A stretch of DNA of 64,000 nucleotides, from positions 2,566 through 66,565 of IMG/VR virus record IMGVR_UViG_3300047390_000093. One strand, given 5' to 3'. The notes beneath the pieces are model-generated. The model was not told the origin of the DNA. It made no database searches and was given only the letters and a program-made list of their open reading frames with translations. The stretch is from a virus (Duplodnaviria > Caudoviricetes). The position numbers and the translations under genes were made by a program. Below are positions 19,176 through 26,426 of this stretch, in pieces; position 1 is the first letter of the stretch, and every line of letters starts with the position of its first letter.

Positions 19176-20072
19176 TCAAATTTCTAGAGTATCTACTACA
19201 ACTACACCAGCTCCATGCCCTCTAGTAGCTTGAGGTTTGCTAGCTGTTAGGTTTAACATGAGACCACCTTTAGGTAGAGATGGGCTATCCCATAGTGCTG
19301 CGTATGAGTCTTTTCTGCCATTCTTGATAAGATCAGCACTCGTTGTTCCTTTATAGGTATCAAAGTAAGATCCAGTCCTAAGAGTAAGTACATCACGTGT
19401 TTGCACACGGTTTTCTAAATTCACTATGCTCTTATTGAAAACAACTTTGTTATCTCTACCAGCTTGCCTGTGATGAGTATGTCCACGCCATATGGCATCT
19501 GCACCTTCAATCCACATAGCAGCCCGTGAAAAGGTGATAGCGCCCTTAGTTACAGGTGCTGCACCACCAGCTCCGTGATGGTAGTGAATAACGTAGTGTC
19601 CTACACGAGCACGTTCCGTATATGGACGCATCTGAATATGGATAAACCCGTGATATCCACCGTATTGAATTTTGCCACTAGTCCCGTTAAGTAATACAAC
19701 AAGTTGTTTGACTGGTTCTATGTGGTGGTATCTTGCGACGCTATCATCATGATTACCATCACCAAGCATAATGATGTCATCTTTATAAGGAGCTAGTATT
19801 TCGTAAGCCCAGCGAATGCTTTCTCCAAGCATGTCATCACCAGCGCTGTACATGCGAGGATGCAAATTATTAGCTCGGTATCTTTTACGATCACCGGGCA
19901 TGATGGCGTCAAATATATCACCATTGACAAGTATTTTAGCTCCACGTTTTTTAGCCGTGGCCAGTTCTTTTTCAATTAAATTGTAATCAACATGCAAACC
20001 ACCAATATGAAGATCACTCATCAAACACAAATTCAACTCGGCTGTTTCAACGCAATAGTCAATAACTGTCAT
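19176..20072 (-). CDS. calcineurin-like metallophosphoesterase
   Basis: SDLHIG, NGDIFD, GNHD, HGAGG, GHTH motifs. Start set at ATG 20072 behind SD GGAGG. Confidence 0.88.
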   Translation of the reverse strand: MTVIDYCVETAELNLCLMSDLHIGGLHVDYNLIEKELATAKKRGAKILVNGDIFDAIMPGDRKRYRANNLHPRMYSAGDDMLGESIRWAYEILAPYKDDIIMLGDGNHDDSVARYHHIEPVKQLVVLLNGTSGKIQYGGYHGFIHIQMRPYTERARVGHYVIHYHHGAGGAAPVTKGAITFSRAAMWIEGADAIWRGHTHHRQAGRDNKVVFNKSIVNLENRVQTRDVLTLRTGSYFDTYKGTTSADLIKNGRKDSYAALWDSPSLPKGGLMLNLTASKPQATRGHGAGVVVVDTLEI

Positions 20073-20102
20073 TTGTTGTCCTCCACTATCAACATTGATA
20101 AC

Positions 20103-20111
20103 AGTATAGCA
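20103..20111 (-). promoter_or_regulatory. extended -10 promoter (TG-C-TATACT)
   Basis: Follows a terminator U-tract and precedes the SD of the phosphoesterase gene. Confidence 0.55.
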
Positions 20112-20113
20112 AC

Positions 20114-20142
20114 AAAAAAGACCAGCGTGGCTGACTGGTCTT
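20114..20142 (-). terminator. intrinsic terminator
   Basis: AAGACCAG-N9-CTGGTCTT then T tract. Confidence 0.7.
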
Positions 20143-20215
20143 AATTGTTTGCAGAGTTTGAATTTGTCGGGCAAGAAGGGAGGTTTCCAGCCTTTCAAAG
20201 CTCACCTCTCGGTGG

Positions 20216-20269
20216 CAAAAATATAATACCACCCTCCGGCAGAAAGAGTAAGGACCGGAGGATGGTATT
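20216..20269 (-). terminator. long hairpin/terminator after ORF 20303
   Basis: 15-bp stem AATACCATCCTCCGG/CCGGAGGGTGGTATT (one G-U) then ATATTTTTG. Confidence 0.65.
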
Positions 20270-20302
20270 TTTCCCAGTGCGTTTTCATGCATGGGGAATC
20301 GG

Positions 20303-20779
20303 TTATTTGATTTTAAGATTCTTGCTCATAGAAGAACGTGGTGATCCACCAGCAAATGTGCCATTAGATTTACCAGACATAGCGCTCACCATTTTGGCTC
20401 CAGCTGCTGCGGATAATGGCTTAGCTACTCTTGTTTTTCGGTCAAAACTTGGACGACTATTTTCTGCAGCTTGAGTACCATACCTCATAGCATCTATTTC
20501 AGACATGCCTTTTGCTCTACCAGCTTTTTCATTGTTTCTTGCCGCTGAAAGACTTGAGCTTAATTGCTTCAACATGCCCATTGCGCCACGCTTATTCATC
20601 GCATAGTCTTCATTTGTTTTCCGTTCAGCATGTCGTCCGCCAGCTTCTACGCGAGAACTACGCTTCCCTTCGTAGAAACCTTCTGGGTCATACTGACCGA
20701 TTGTTCCAGCAAACTTGTCGTCATAACTGCCTTTACCGGAAACGTAATCTTTATACGATAACTTCTTGTCTTGTGGCAT
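20303..20779 (-). CDS. basic low-complexity hypothetical protein
   Basis: SD AGGAGG before ATG 20779 (MPQDKK). K/R/G/S/A/M-rich. Confidence 0.65.
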   Translation of the reverse strand: MPQDKKLSYKDYVSGKGSYDDKFAGTIGQYDPEGFYEGKRSSRVEAGGRHAERKTNEDYAMNKRGAMGMLKQLSSSLSAARNNEKAGRAKGMSEIDAMRYGTQAAENSRPSFDRKTRVAKPLSAAAGAKMVSAMSGKSNGTFAGGSPRSSMSKNLKIK

Positions 20780-20816
20780 GATCAATGCCCTCCTAAACCA
20801 TGGTTAAGGAATTATA

Positions 20817-20888
20817 CTCCTACTGCTGGGATCGAACCAGCGACCATTCGGTTAACAGCCGAACGCTCTTCCGCTGAGCTAAGTAGGA
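20817..20888 (-). tRNA. trnN: tRNA-Asn (GUU), no encoded CCA
   Basis: TCCTACT/AGTAGGA acceptor stem, TTCGG-CT-GTT-AA-CCGAA anticodon arm, GGTTCGATCC T-arm. Confidence 0.93.
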
Positions 20889-20895
20889 AAACAAA

Positions 20896-21336
20896 CTATT
20901 CTATGGCTCCTTTGAGCCAGCTCCTAACCCTGTCCGGATAGGATTTGTTAGGTACTCCTGTATCGCTTGCCTCACTAACCAACTCCGGTTCCTTGACCCT
21001 GCGTACTTGTCGATTTCCGCAAGGGTCTCTGGTTCCAGCCTCAGAACCAACATACTCGGATAGTTTATTGGACGTACCCGTCGCTTCTCGCTCTTCATTA
21101 TTTGCTCCCGGTGTTAAGTTGTAACACACAGTTTTGACAGTATCTGCGTAGTTGGAATTTCTTGTAACTGCGTATGCCAAAAACCAAAGCGCCTTTAATA
21201 CGTCTTCGTCGTAAGATGATCCATCTTTCTTGCCAGCTCGCGCAAGATACGCTACAGCGGTAAATAAATACCTATCTAAATCCCATGCGTCAGCAGCATG
21301 CACAGGCTGTAACTCGTTCTCGTTGTAGTAAGCCAT
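20896..21336 (-). CDS. DUF3310-like (SaV-like) protein with low-information C-terminal extension
   Basis: QPVHAADAWDL..YLFTAVAYLARAGKK...EDVLKALWFL matches the DUF3310 pattern. The last ~67 aa overlap another ORF. Confidence 0.65.
   Translation of the reverse strand: MAYYNENELQPVHAADAWDLDRYLFTAVAYLARAGKKDGSSYDEDVLKALWFLAYAVTRNSNYADTVKTVCYNLTPGANNEEREATGTSNKLSEYVGSEAGTRDPCGNRQVRRVKEPELVSEASDTGVPNKSYPDRVRSWLKGAIE
20901..21098 (-). CDS. ribbon-helix-helix (CopG/Arc-like) DNA-binding protein, nested in +1 frame
   Basis: MLVLRLEPETLAEIDKYAGSRNRSWLVRQAIQEYL is an RHH consensus. Own SD (GGAG) 6 nt before ATG. Confidence 0.7.
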   Translation of the reverse strand: MKSEKRRVRPINYPSMLVLRLEPETLAEIDKYAGSRNRSWLVRQAIQEYLTNPIRTGLGAGSKEP

Positions 21337-21795
21337 TTACTCTCCTGTTGACCCAAATCCACCAGCACCACGTTCTGTTTCCTCAAACAAGGATCCGTCA
21401 CGTAAAACTACTGGAGTACAAAGTGATACAGGAGCAATCACAAGCTGCGCTATACGTGTACCGGGCACAATCACAAACGTGTCGAGGCTCATATTCTTGA
21501 TGATGACTTTGATCTCACCAGTGTAATCTGCATCAATCGTACCGGGGCTATTTAAGACCACTATGCCGTGCTTATATGCCATTCCGCTACGAGTACGCAC
21601 CTGAGCCTCAAAACCCTCGTCTAGCTTAATTATCATGCCCGTAGGCACTAGTACTGTTTGCCCCGGCCTAACAGGCATAGTCCTATCAGCGATGTACTGT
21701 AGATCTATGCCTGACGACTTTTCTGTAGCGCGATGTGGATCGAATAGATACTCACTAGAGCTACTACCGCAATAAATAATCTCAAGACGATCCAC
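21337..21795 (-). CDS. dut: trimeric dUTPase
   Basis: SGIDL, RSGMA, GTIDADYTGEI, RIAQLVI, RGAGGFGSTG motifs. Confidence 0.96.
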   Translation of the reverse strand: MDRLEIIYCGSSSSEYLFDPHRATEKSSGIDLQYIADRTMPVRPGQTVLVPTGMIIKLDEGFEAQVRTRSGMAYKHGIVVLNSPGTIDADYTGEIKVIIKNMSLDTFVIVPGTRIAQLVIAPVSLCTPVVLRDGSLFEETERGAGGFGSTGE

Positions 21796-22049
21796 TACTC
21801 CGAAACCTCAAGCGTCGTAACAATGCTGTCCAATGCCATCATAAGAAAGTCAATTACGAATCTAGCTGGAACCTTTACACCATCGTTACGCAGATTAGCA
21901 CAGTGCTGCGCAGCTTCTACAAGCGATAACCCAGTCTGGTACTCAGGAACATTCCCATCATCTTTGCGCTTAACTGTAACGGAGTATCCGTGCTTTGCAC
22001 TCTGCTGCACTGTTACTTCACTGTCATTACCTTGGGTCAACAAAAACAT
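21795..22049 (-). CDS. hypothetical protein, first gene of leftward arm
   Basis: ATG 22049 (MFLLTQG) behind SD GAGGTG, coupled to dut (TAATG-type overlap). Confidence 0.65.
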   Translation of the reverse strand: MFLLTQGNDSEVTVQQSAKHGYSVTVKRKDDGNVPEYQTGLSLVEAAQHCANLRNDGVKVPARFVIDFLMMALDSIVTTLEVSE

Positions 22050-22065
22050 GGCACACCTCAATATA

Positions 22066-22084
22066 TGTATAACATATAGTATCA
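22066..22084 (-). promoter_or_regulatory. tandem extended -10 boxes (TG-A-TACTAT; TG-T-TATACA)
   Basis: Directly upstream of the SD of the first leftward gene. Confidence 0.45.
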
Positions 22085-22199
22085 CAATTGCATGGGACCC
22101 ATTTTTCTACGGGGAGAAAGCAGTTTCTCCGATGGGAGAAATATATAGAATAGCTAGGAGAATATATCTGTCGGAGTCACATACTAAGCGAGTGGACGA

Positions 22200-22221
22200 G
22201 GGTAGGGGGTTGCTGGGTGGG
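22200..22221 (+). other. canonical G-quadruplex motif
   Basis: GGG-TA-GGGGG-TTGCT-GGG-T-GGG. Sequence match only; folding not shown. Confidence 0.5.
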
Positions 22222-22285
22222 TGGTTATCCCCCGGTCTGGCTATGGGCTATCTAAGCAAAGTGTTTCCAGCCAGACTCCATGTGT

Positions 22286-22356
22286 GTAGGTAGCGTACAG
22301 TTCGCTCCCTGCAAGTCGGCAGGTAGCGGAAAACGTGCAATATTCCGCTACCTGCC
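22286..22356 (+). promoter_or_regulatory. tandem stem-loops in leader of first early gene
   Basis: GTAGGTAGCG-N7-CGCTCCCTGC (1 mismatch), 5-nt linker, then perfect 14-bp GGCAGGTAGCGGAA-N11-TTCCGCTACCTGCC. Confidence 0.7.
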
Positions 22357-22401
22357 ATTGTCGTTTATTGCACACTATTGTTTAGTTTAGGAGAGTTTAT
22401 T

Positions 22402-22761
22402 ATGGCAGTTTTCACACGTTCCGAAAAGGTTATCACCGCGTATACACTCGCGATTGTCACCGAGATTGAGAATGAAGGTCTGGTACTGACCACGGGTCAG
22501 TTATCCACCGTCAAGGCGTTCGCGAATAAACAGGACTCTATGATTCGTATGGGTCACACTTCAACCGAGGCATCTAAAGAAGCAATCGACAAGTTCTTTG
22601 TCGATTGTCTGCGCCACATTGCCCCTGAAGAAGACCTTATGGACTGGGCTGTATTCATCGCGATGCACAATGGTACTCGTATCGATACCGTTGTCAAGGA
22701 GACAGACAAGACTCTGTCGGCTATGCGGTCTGGTTACCGCTCGGTTCGCAAGGGGCTGTAA
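22402..22761 (+). CDS. early hypothetical protein 1
   Basis: SD AGGAG, ATG 22402 (MAVFTRS). Codons mostly end in C/G. Confidence 0.8.
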   Translation: MAVFTRSEKVITAYTLAIVTEIENEGLVLTTGQLSTVKAFANKQDSMIRMGHTSTEASKEAIDKFFVDCLRHIAPEEDLMDWAVFIAMHNGTRIDTVVKETDKTLSAMRSGYRSVRKGL

Positions 22762-22844
22762 AGCCCCACTCCTACCCGGTACACAATGCCGGGTAGGATT
22801 TTTTTATTCAATAACCACGGAATGCATTCGTGGTTATTTTTTTT
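22752..22844 (+). terminator. three consecutive hairpins, two with U-tracts
   Basis: GGGGCT-GTAA-AGCCCC; TCCTACCCGG-N9-CCGGGTAGGA then T-tract; AATAACCACG-N9-CGTGGTTATT then T-tract. Confidence 0.75.
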
Positions 22845-22858
22845 AGGAGTTAGCTATT

Positions 22859-23083
22859 ATGACATTCGTGGTTCGTCTTATCGCTTTCATCAAGTTGGTG
22901 TTCAAGGGCGTAAAGCCTGAGCAACACTACATGGCAATCATGTTGGTTATGTTGGTATTCGTTGGCTCTATCTTTGTTGAGGTTAGCAAGAAGCAAGAGA
23001 TCGAGCTTGAGCGTCAGCGTCAGGCAGAGATGGAAGCTATTCGCCACGACATCTACGTCAACAACGAGGTCACTCGCCACTAG
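22859..23083 (+). CDS. early small membrane protein (TM plus coiled coil)
   Basis: SD AGGAG. YMAIMLVMLVFVGSIFV hydrophobic helix followed by a charged heptad tail. Confidence 0.75.
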   Translation: MTFVVRLIAFIKLVFKGVKPEQHYMAIMLVMLVFVGSIFVEVSKKQEIELERQRQAEMEAIRHDIYVNNEVTRH

Positions 23084-23087
23084 TACG

Positions 23088-23112
23088 GAGGGCGCAAGCC
23101 CTCTTCTTTTTT
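23088..23112 (+). terminator. GCAA-tetraloop terminator, copy A
   Basis: GAGGGC-GCAA-GCCCTC then TTCTTTTTT. Confidence 0.75.
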
Positions 23113-23126
23113 AAAGGAGTTTAATT

Positions 23127-23729
23127 ATGTTGGAAAAGAAAGACTTGAGTCAGATTCTCCATGTGAGATATGAGCTGTCTAAATTCAAAGACAAGTTCGT
23201 AGCACACGGAAAACGTCAACTGTTGGCTACTGCACTCGCACGTGGATACTTCACCACGTACATCTTTGGTGACGGTGACTATCATGCAAGCATCAGCAAC
23301 AGTGGTGAGCGTGGTGCGTGGCTCCATGTACTTGGGGCTATCTTGTTGGAGAGATACGACCACGCATTCAAATGCATTCCAGACTATGAGACGATCGACG
23401 GCTTCGGAATCACATTCAAAGACAACTACATCACTGAAGTCGTTTGCCCAGTGGATCCTAAAGACTTCCACTACCAGTTCGAGCGTGACCCCAAAGCTAG
23501 TTCTCGCGATGCTTGGGATATGCTCGGTCGTGCTGAGTTTAATCTTGAGGGCGTTACGGTCATCGACTATGTCAATATCGGACACTTTGTATCCATGCGT
23601 GGTGCTGGACCTGTCAGCCAAGAGGACAAGGCAGCATACGAAATCATCGCCATTAACTGGCTGAATATGCACAGAGAGCGATGCAAAGCTTGGAGGAAGG
23701 AAGACAAGCTCAACTTCGATCCTATCTAA
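23127..23729 (+). CDS. early hypothetical protein (200 aa)
   Basis: SD AGGAG, long ORF, no TTA codons seen. Confidence 0.8.
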   Translation: MLEKKDLSQILHVRYELSKFKDKFVAHGKRQLLATALARGYFTTYIFGDGDYHASISNSGERGAWLHVLGAILLERYDHAFKCIPDYETIDGFGITFKDNYITEVVCPVDPKDFHYQFERDPKASSRDAWDMLGRAEFNLEGVTVIDYVNIGHFVSMRGAGPVSQEDKAAYEIIAINWLNMHRERCKAWRKEDKLNFDPI

Positions 23730-23731
23730 CG

Positions 23732-23760
23732 GAGAGGGCGCAAGCCCTCTCTCTTTTTTT
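23732..23760 (+). terminator. GCAA-tetraloop terminator, copy B
   Basis: GAGAGGGC-GCAA-GCCCTCTC then TCTTTTTTT. Confidence 0.8.
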
Positions 23761-23778
23761 ATTTACAGGAGTTTAATT

Positions 23779-24021
23779 ATGGTTATTCGTTCACCACATC
23801 TTGCACTTAGAGTATTGCAAGACGTGGCAAAGATGTTTGATGCCAAGGTCTACACCTTGAGCAACAAGACACATGTCACATATATTGCCGTCACAGATAT
23901 GAACGGCGACATCGCCTCTTGGTCTCACGACAAATATGACTGCGAGATTGTAGTCAATCGCTCTAACCGCAACGTACGTCAGTACTTGCACAACGTACAG
24001 AAACATAGGAGTACAAGATGA
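23779..24021 (+). CDS. early hypothetical protein
   Basis: Identical SD/spacer AGGAGTTTAATTATG. Confidence 0.75.
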   Translation: MVIRSPHLALRVLQDVAKMFDAKVYTLSNKTHVTYIAVTDMNGDIASWSHDKYDCEIVVNRSNRNVRQYLHNVQKHRSTR

Positions 24022-24037
24022 ATAGACTGGAGAAACT

Positions 24038-24388
24038 ATGACAGAGTATTTCGTACATTTGTTTGCCCTCTTCACAGAGGGCGGTGGCCTCACTAACCAT
24101 GAAGTAGTATCGTCTCTATCAGACGAGACACACATCGAAACAGAGCACAAAGAAGGAACGTTCGTTGTCCACGCTGATGACAATGACGGTGTCTGGGTTC
24201 TTCTCTTTGAAGACCCTGATCATGCTGACCGTGTAGCCAAAGATTACTTTGAAGCCACGGGACACCATGCATACCCTAAATTCACAAGTGTGCATGGCCT
24301 TGATGATGATCAAAACATCAGGCTTTATCGCATTGATGGCTCATGGCAAGATGTTGAGCGAGAGCACTATCTAGCCAACGCCAGCTAG
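24038..24388 (+). CDS. early acidic hypothetical protein
   Basis: SD GGAG. D/E/H-rich. Confidence 0.75.
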   Translation: MTEYFVHLFALFTEGGGLTNHEVVSSLSDETHIETEHKEGTFVVHADDNDGVWVLLFEDPDHADRVAKDYFEATGHHAYPKFTSVHGLDDDQNIRLYRIDGSWQDVEREHYLANAS

Positions 24389-24392
24389 TCGC

Positions 24393-24460
24393 AGGGGAGG
24401 GGTTAAAAATTATACCCCTCCAATTTTTACAGGGGGGAGGGGTCAGATATTACCCCCCTC
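24393..24460. repeat. duplicated G-tract/C-tract inverted repeats
   Basis: GGAGGGGT-N10-ACCCCTCC and AGGGGGG-N15-CCCCCCT. The direct repeat CAGGGG(GG)AGGGGT occurs twice. Confidence 0.75.
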
Positions 24461-24466
24461 ATTATA

Positions 24467-24496
24467 TTGAATAACAATCAATGTAATACTTATAAT
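24467..24496 (+). promoter_or_regulatory. sigma70-type promoter TTGAAT-N18-TATAAT
   Basis: Near-consensus boxes upstream of SD AGGAG and ATG 24520. Confidence 0.7.
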
Positions 24497-24519
24497 ACAA
24501 ATGACCCAAGGAGTTTAGT

Positions 24520-24861
24520 ATGAATACACAACAATCCGTTCCAGTTCACTTGCTCAGCAAGAAAGAACAAGACCGTCTCGTCCGTGCTGGTGTCATCGAA
24601 CCATTGTTTGACCCGATGGCACAGACCAAGGAAAGATGGTTTGAGCTGTGCAGATACAGCCAACATGTGAGTAGTGCTCGCATGGCTAGTCTATGTGGAG
24701 TGTCACGCCCAACGTTCCTTACTTACATCGGTAAGCCTGAGACACGTCAGCGATTGATTGACAAGTTTTGGACGGCAACACAGCCTTCACAGCGTGATGT
24801 CACACTGATTTACAACACATTCCGTAATATCGCACGAAAGGGCGAAACAACCAATGAATAA
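24520..24861 (+). CDS. HTH-containing putative transcriptional regulator
   Basis: SSARMASLCGVSRPTFLTYI helix-turn-helix pattern. Confidence 0.6.
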   Translation: MNTQQSVPVHLLSKKEQDRLVRAGVIEPLFDPMAQTKERWFELCRYSQHVSSARMASLCGVSRPTFLTYIGKPETRQRLIDKFWTATQPSQRDVTLIYNTFRNIARKGETTNE

Positions 24862-25150
24862 ATTTGCACTAGGAGATCGGGTCCACAGTGTACGTAGACC
24901 CGGCTTCTATGGCACTGTGGTAAGCGTGGAGGGCAACCTCCACGTAAACCCAGAGCATAATCGCATTACAGTTAAATATGACCGCGTAACGAAAGACTCA
25001 CGTGGTCGATGGAGGTCAGGCATTCTAGATGAATTGCCTATCGACTTGCGAAGTAGCAAGGACCGCAGTGTTTTACCCGCTGCGGAGAAAAAGCTGACCA
25101 ACTCAGAGTATGGTCGAGCACTTGGTAACAAGAGGTTAAAAGAACTATGA
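24854..25150 (+). CDS. small SH3/KOW-like barrel protein
   Basis: FALGDRVHSV...GTVVSV...ITVKYD pattern. Confidence 0.55.
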   Translation: MNKFALGDRVHSVRRPGFYGTVVSVEGNLHVNPEHNRITVKYDRVTKDSRGRWRSGILDELPIDLRSSKDRSVLPAAEKKLTNSEYGRALGNKRLKEL

Positions 25151-25257
25151 CGTTATTCTTCTTCTGCATCGGTGTAGTTATCCTGTCAGTCCTTTTCTTG
25201 GCAGGATATTTTTTCTCAACCATAAGCAAGTATCAAAAGGAAATAGACAATGAGTAA
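25147..25257 (+). CDS. 36-aa single-TM peptide
   Basis: Not in ORF track. MTLFFFCIGVVILSVLFLAGYFFSTISKYQKEIDNE, ATGA-coupled upstream and overlapping the next start. Confidence 0.6.
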   Translation: MTLFFFCIGVVILSVLFLAGYFFSTISKYQKEIDNE

Positions 25258-25612
25258 ACCATTCACGAGTCCATCAGACTTTGTGGCATTGCTAGTAGAT
25301 TCACTACAGGCTAAGTACGCAAGTAAGTTTGATGAAATAAACGTACAACGATCAACGCTCAACAATCAATACATTGATGGTCGTAAGCGTTACCATGCCA
25401 CGATTCAAATCCATTGTGGCAAAGATAAACCATATCAAGTGTCACGCGCAAGCATTGACTTGATCGTCCGACAGGACAACGAAGTGACGGTGTTCGTCTC
25501 GTCACCGTCATTCAACGAAGAGTTTGCTTGGTGCTCAGCACCAGACTCAGCTAACTACTGGTTGACAGATGTAGAGACACTTTTATTACAGGAGTACAAC
25601 AATGACAAATAA
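25250..25612 (+). CDS. early hypothetical protein
   Basis: Coupled operon ORF. Confidence 0.7.
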   Translation: MSKPFTSPSDFVALLVDSLQAKYASKFDEINVQRSTLNNQYIDGRKRYHATIQIHCGKDKPYQVSRASIDLIVRQDNEVTVFVSSPSFNEEFAWCSAPDSANYWLTDVETLLLQEYNNDK

Positions 25613-25814
25613 TCAGAAGAAGATTCAGTTTTGGAAATGGGTCAATGACATGGTGTTGCTCAATGACATGACAAACATGTTTCTACCTAAAAACCTGCGT
25701 AGCAATTTCCAAGACGAAGTACCACAGACTGATGACATCGATGTTTTGTGGGAGTTCAAGAGAACGTACAACGACAAAAAAGCAGCAGAACTGCGAAAGG
25801 AATTAAGTTCATGA
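25602..25814 (+). CDS. early hypothetical protein
   Basis: SD AGGAG, coupled. Confidence 0.7.
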   Translation: MTNNQKKIQFWKWVNDMVLLNDMTNMFLPKNLRSNFQDEVPQTDDIDVLWEFKRTYNDKKAAELRKELSS

Positions 25815-26185
25815 CAACTGTAGTGCAAGAACCAAGAGTAGAGAATTACCTAATTATGTTAGCCAAGTACACTTGGCTACATCTTCATCCCGGTGATGGG
25901 ATGCGTCGTCTTATCCACGCACGTGGTGAAGAAGAGTTGGCTGCATGTGATTCTTTTCTTGATCCGTATGCCAAAAAGTACAAGCACCAACTCAAAGACT
26001 TCTGTGAAACACATCTTCCACAGATTGACAGTCGCGCTCGCTTCAATGATTGGTGCGCATCCGAACCAACACCTGAAGAGAGACAGAAGTTTCGTGAATA
26101 CATGGCAAAGATTATTGTTTATGGTGTTGATGGTTTTACTTACACACCTAATGGATGGGAGGTCATAGATACTACCAGTGCCTAA
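25811..26185 (+). CDS. early hypothetical protein
   Basis: ATGA overlap at 25811 (MTTVVQEP), SD AAGGA. Confidence 0.7.
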   Translation: MTTVVQEPRVENYLIMLAKYTWLHLHPGDGMRRLIHARGEEELAACDSFLDPYAKKYKHQLKDFCETHLPQIDSRARFNDWCASEPTPEERQKFREYMAKIIVYGVDGFTYTPNGWEVIDTTSA

Positions 26186-26426
26186 ATATACATACCAAAA
26201 CCAACAGTATGACTTTCAAGGCCAAGCAATTGGCCTTCCTGATGTTTATACAAATGCATCAGCCGCACAAAACATTGCTGGACTTCATTTGTACTGTGAT
26301 TCAACGATTATGCACATACGAATCTCGCGATGTTTAGAGCATACATATGAGTTTAAACCATATGCGATCGTTCACATAAACAAGATAACTAGTAAACCAA
26401 TTATTAGTAGAAAGAAAGTGTTTTAA
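26178..26426 (+). CDS. early hypothetical protein
   Basis: GTG start with SD GGAGG, overlapping the previous stop. Confidence 0.6.
   Translation: MPKYTYQNQQYDFQGQAIGLPDVYTNASAAQNIAGLHLYCDSTIMHIRISRCLEHTYEFKPYAIVHINKITSKPIISRKKVF

Noticed and set aside
17960-20888. tRNAs as prophage attachment sites
   Set aside because: Both are complete, co-oriented with phage operons, have no duplicated 3' fragment elsewhere in the window, and no integrase is present.
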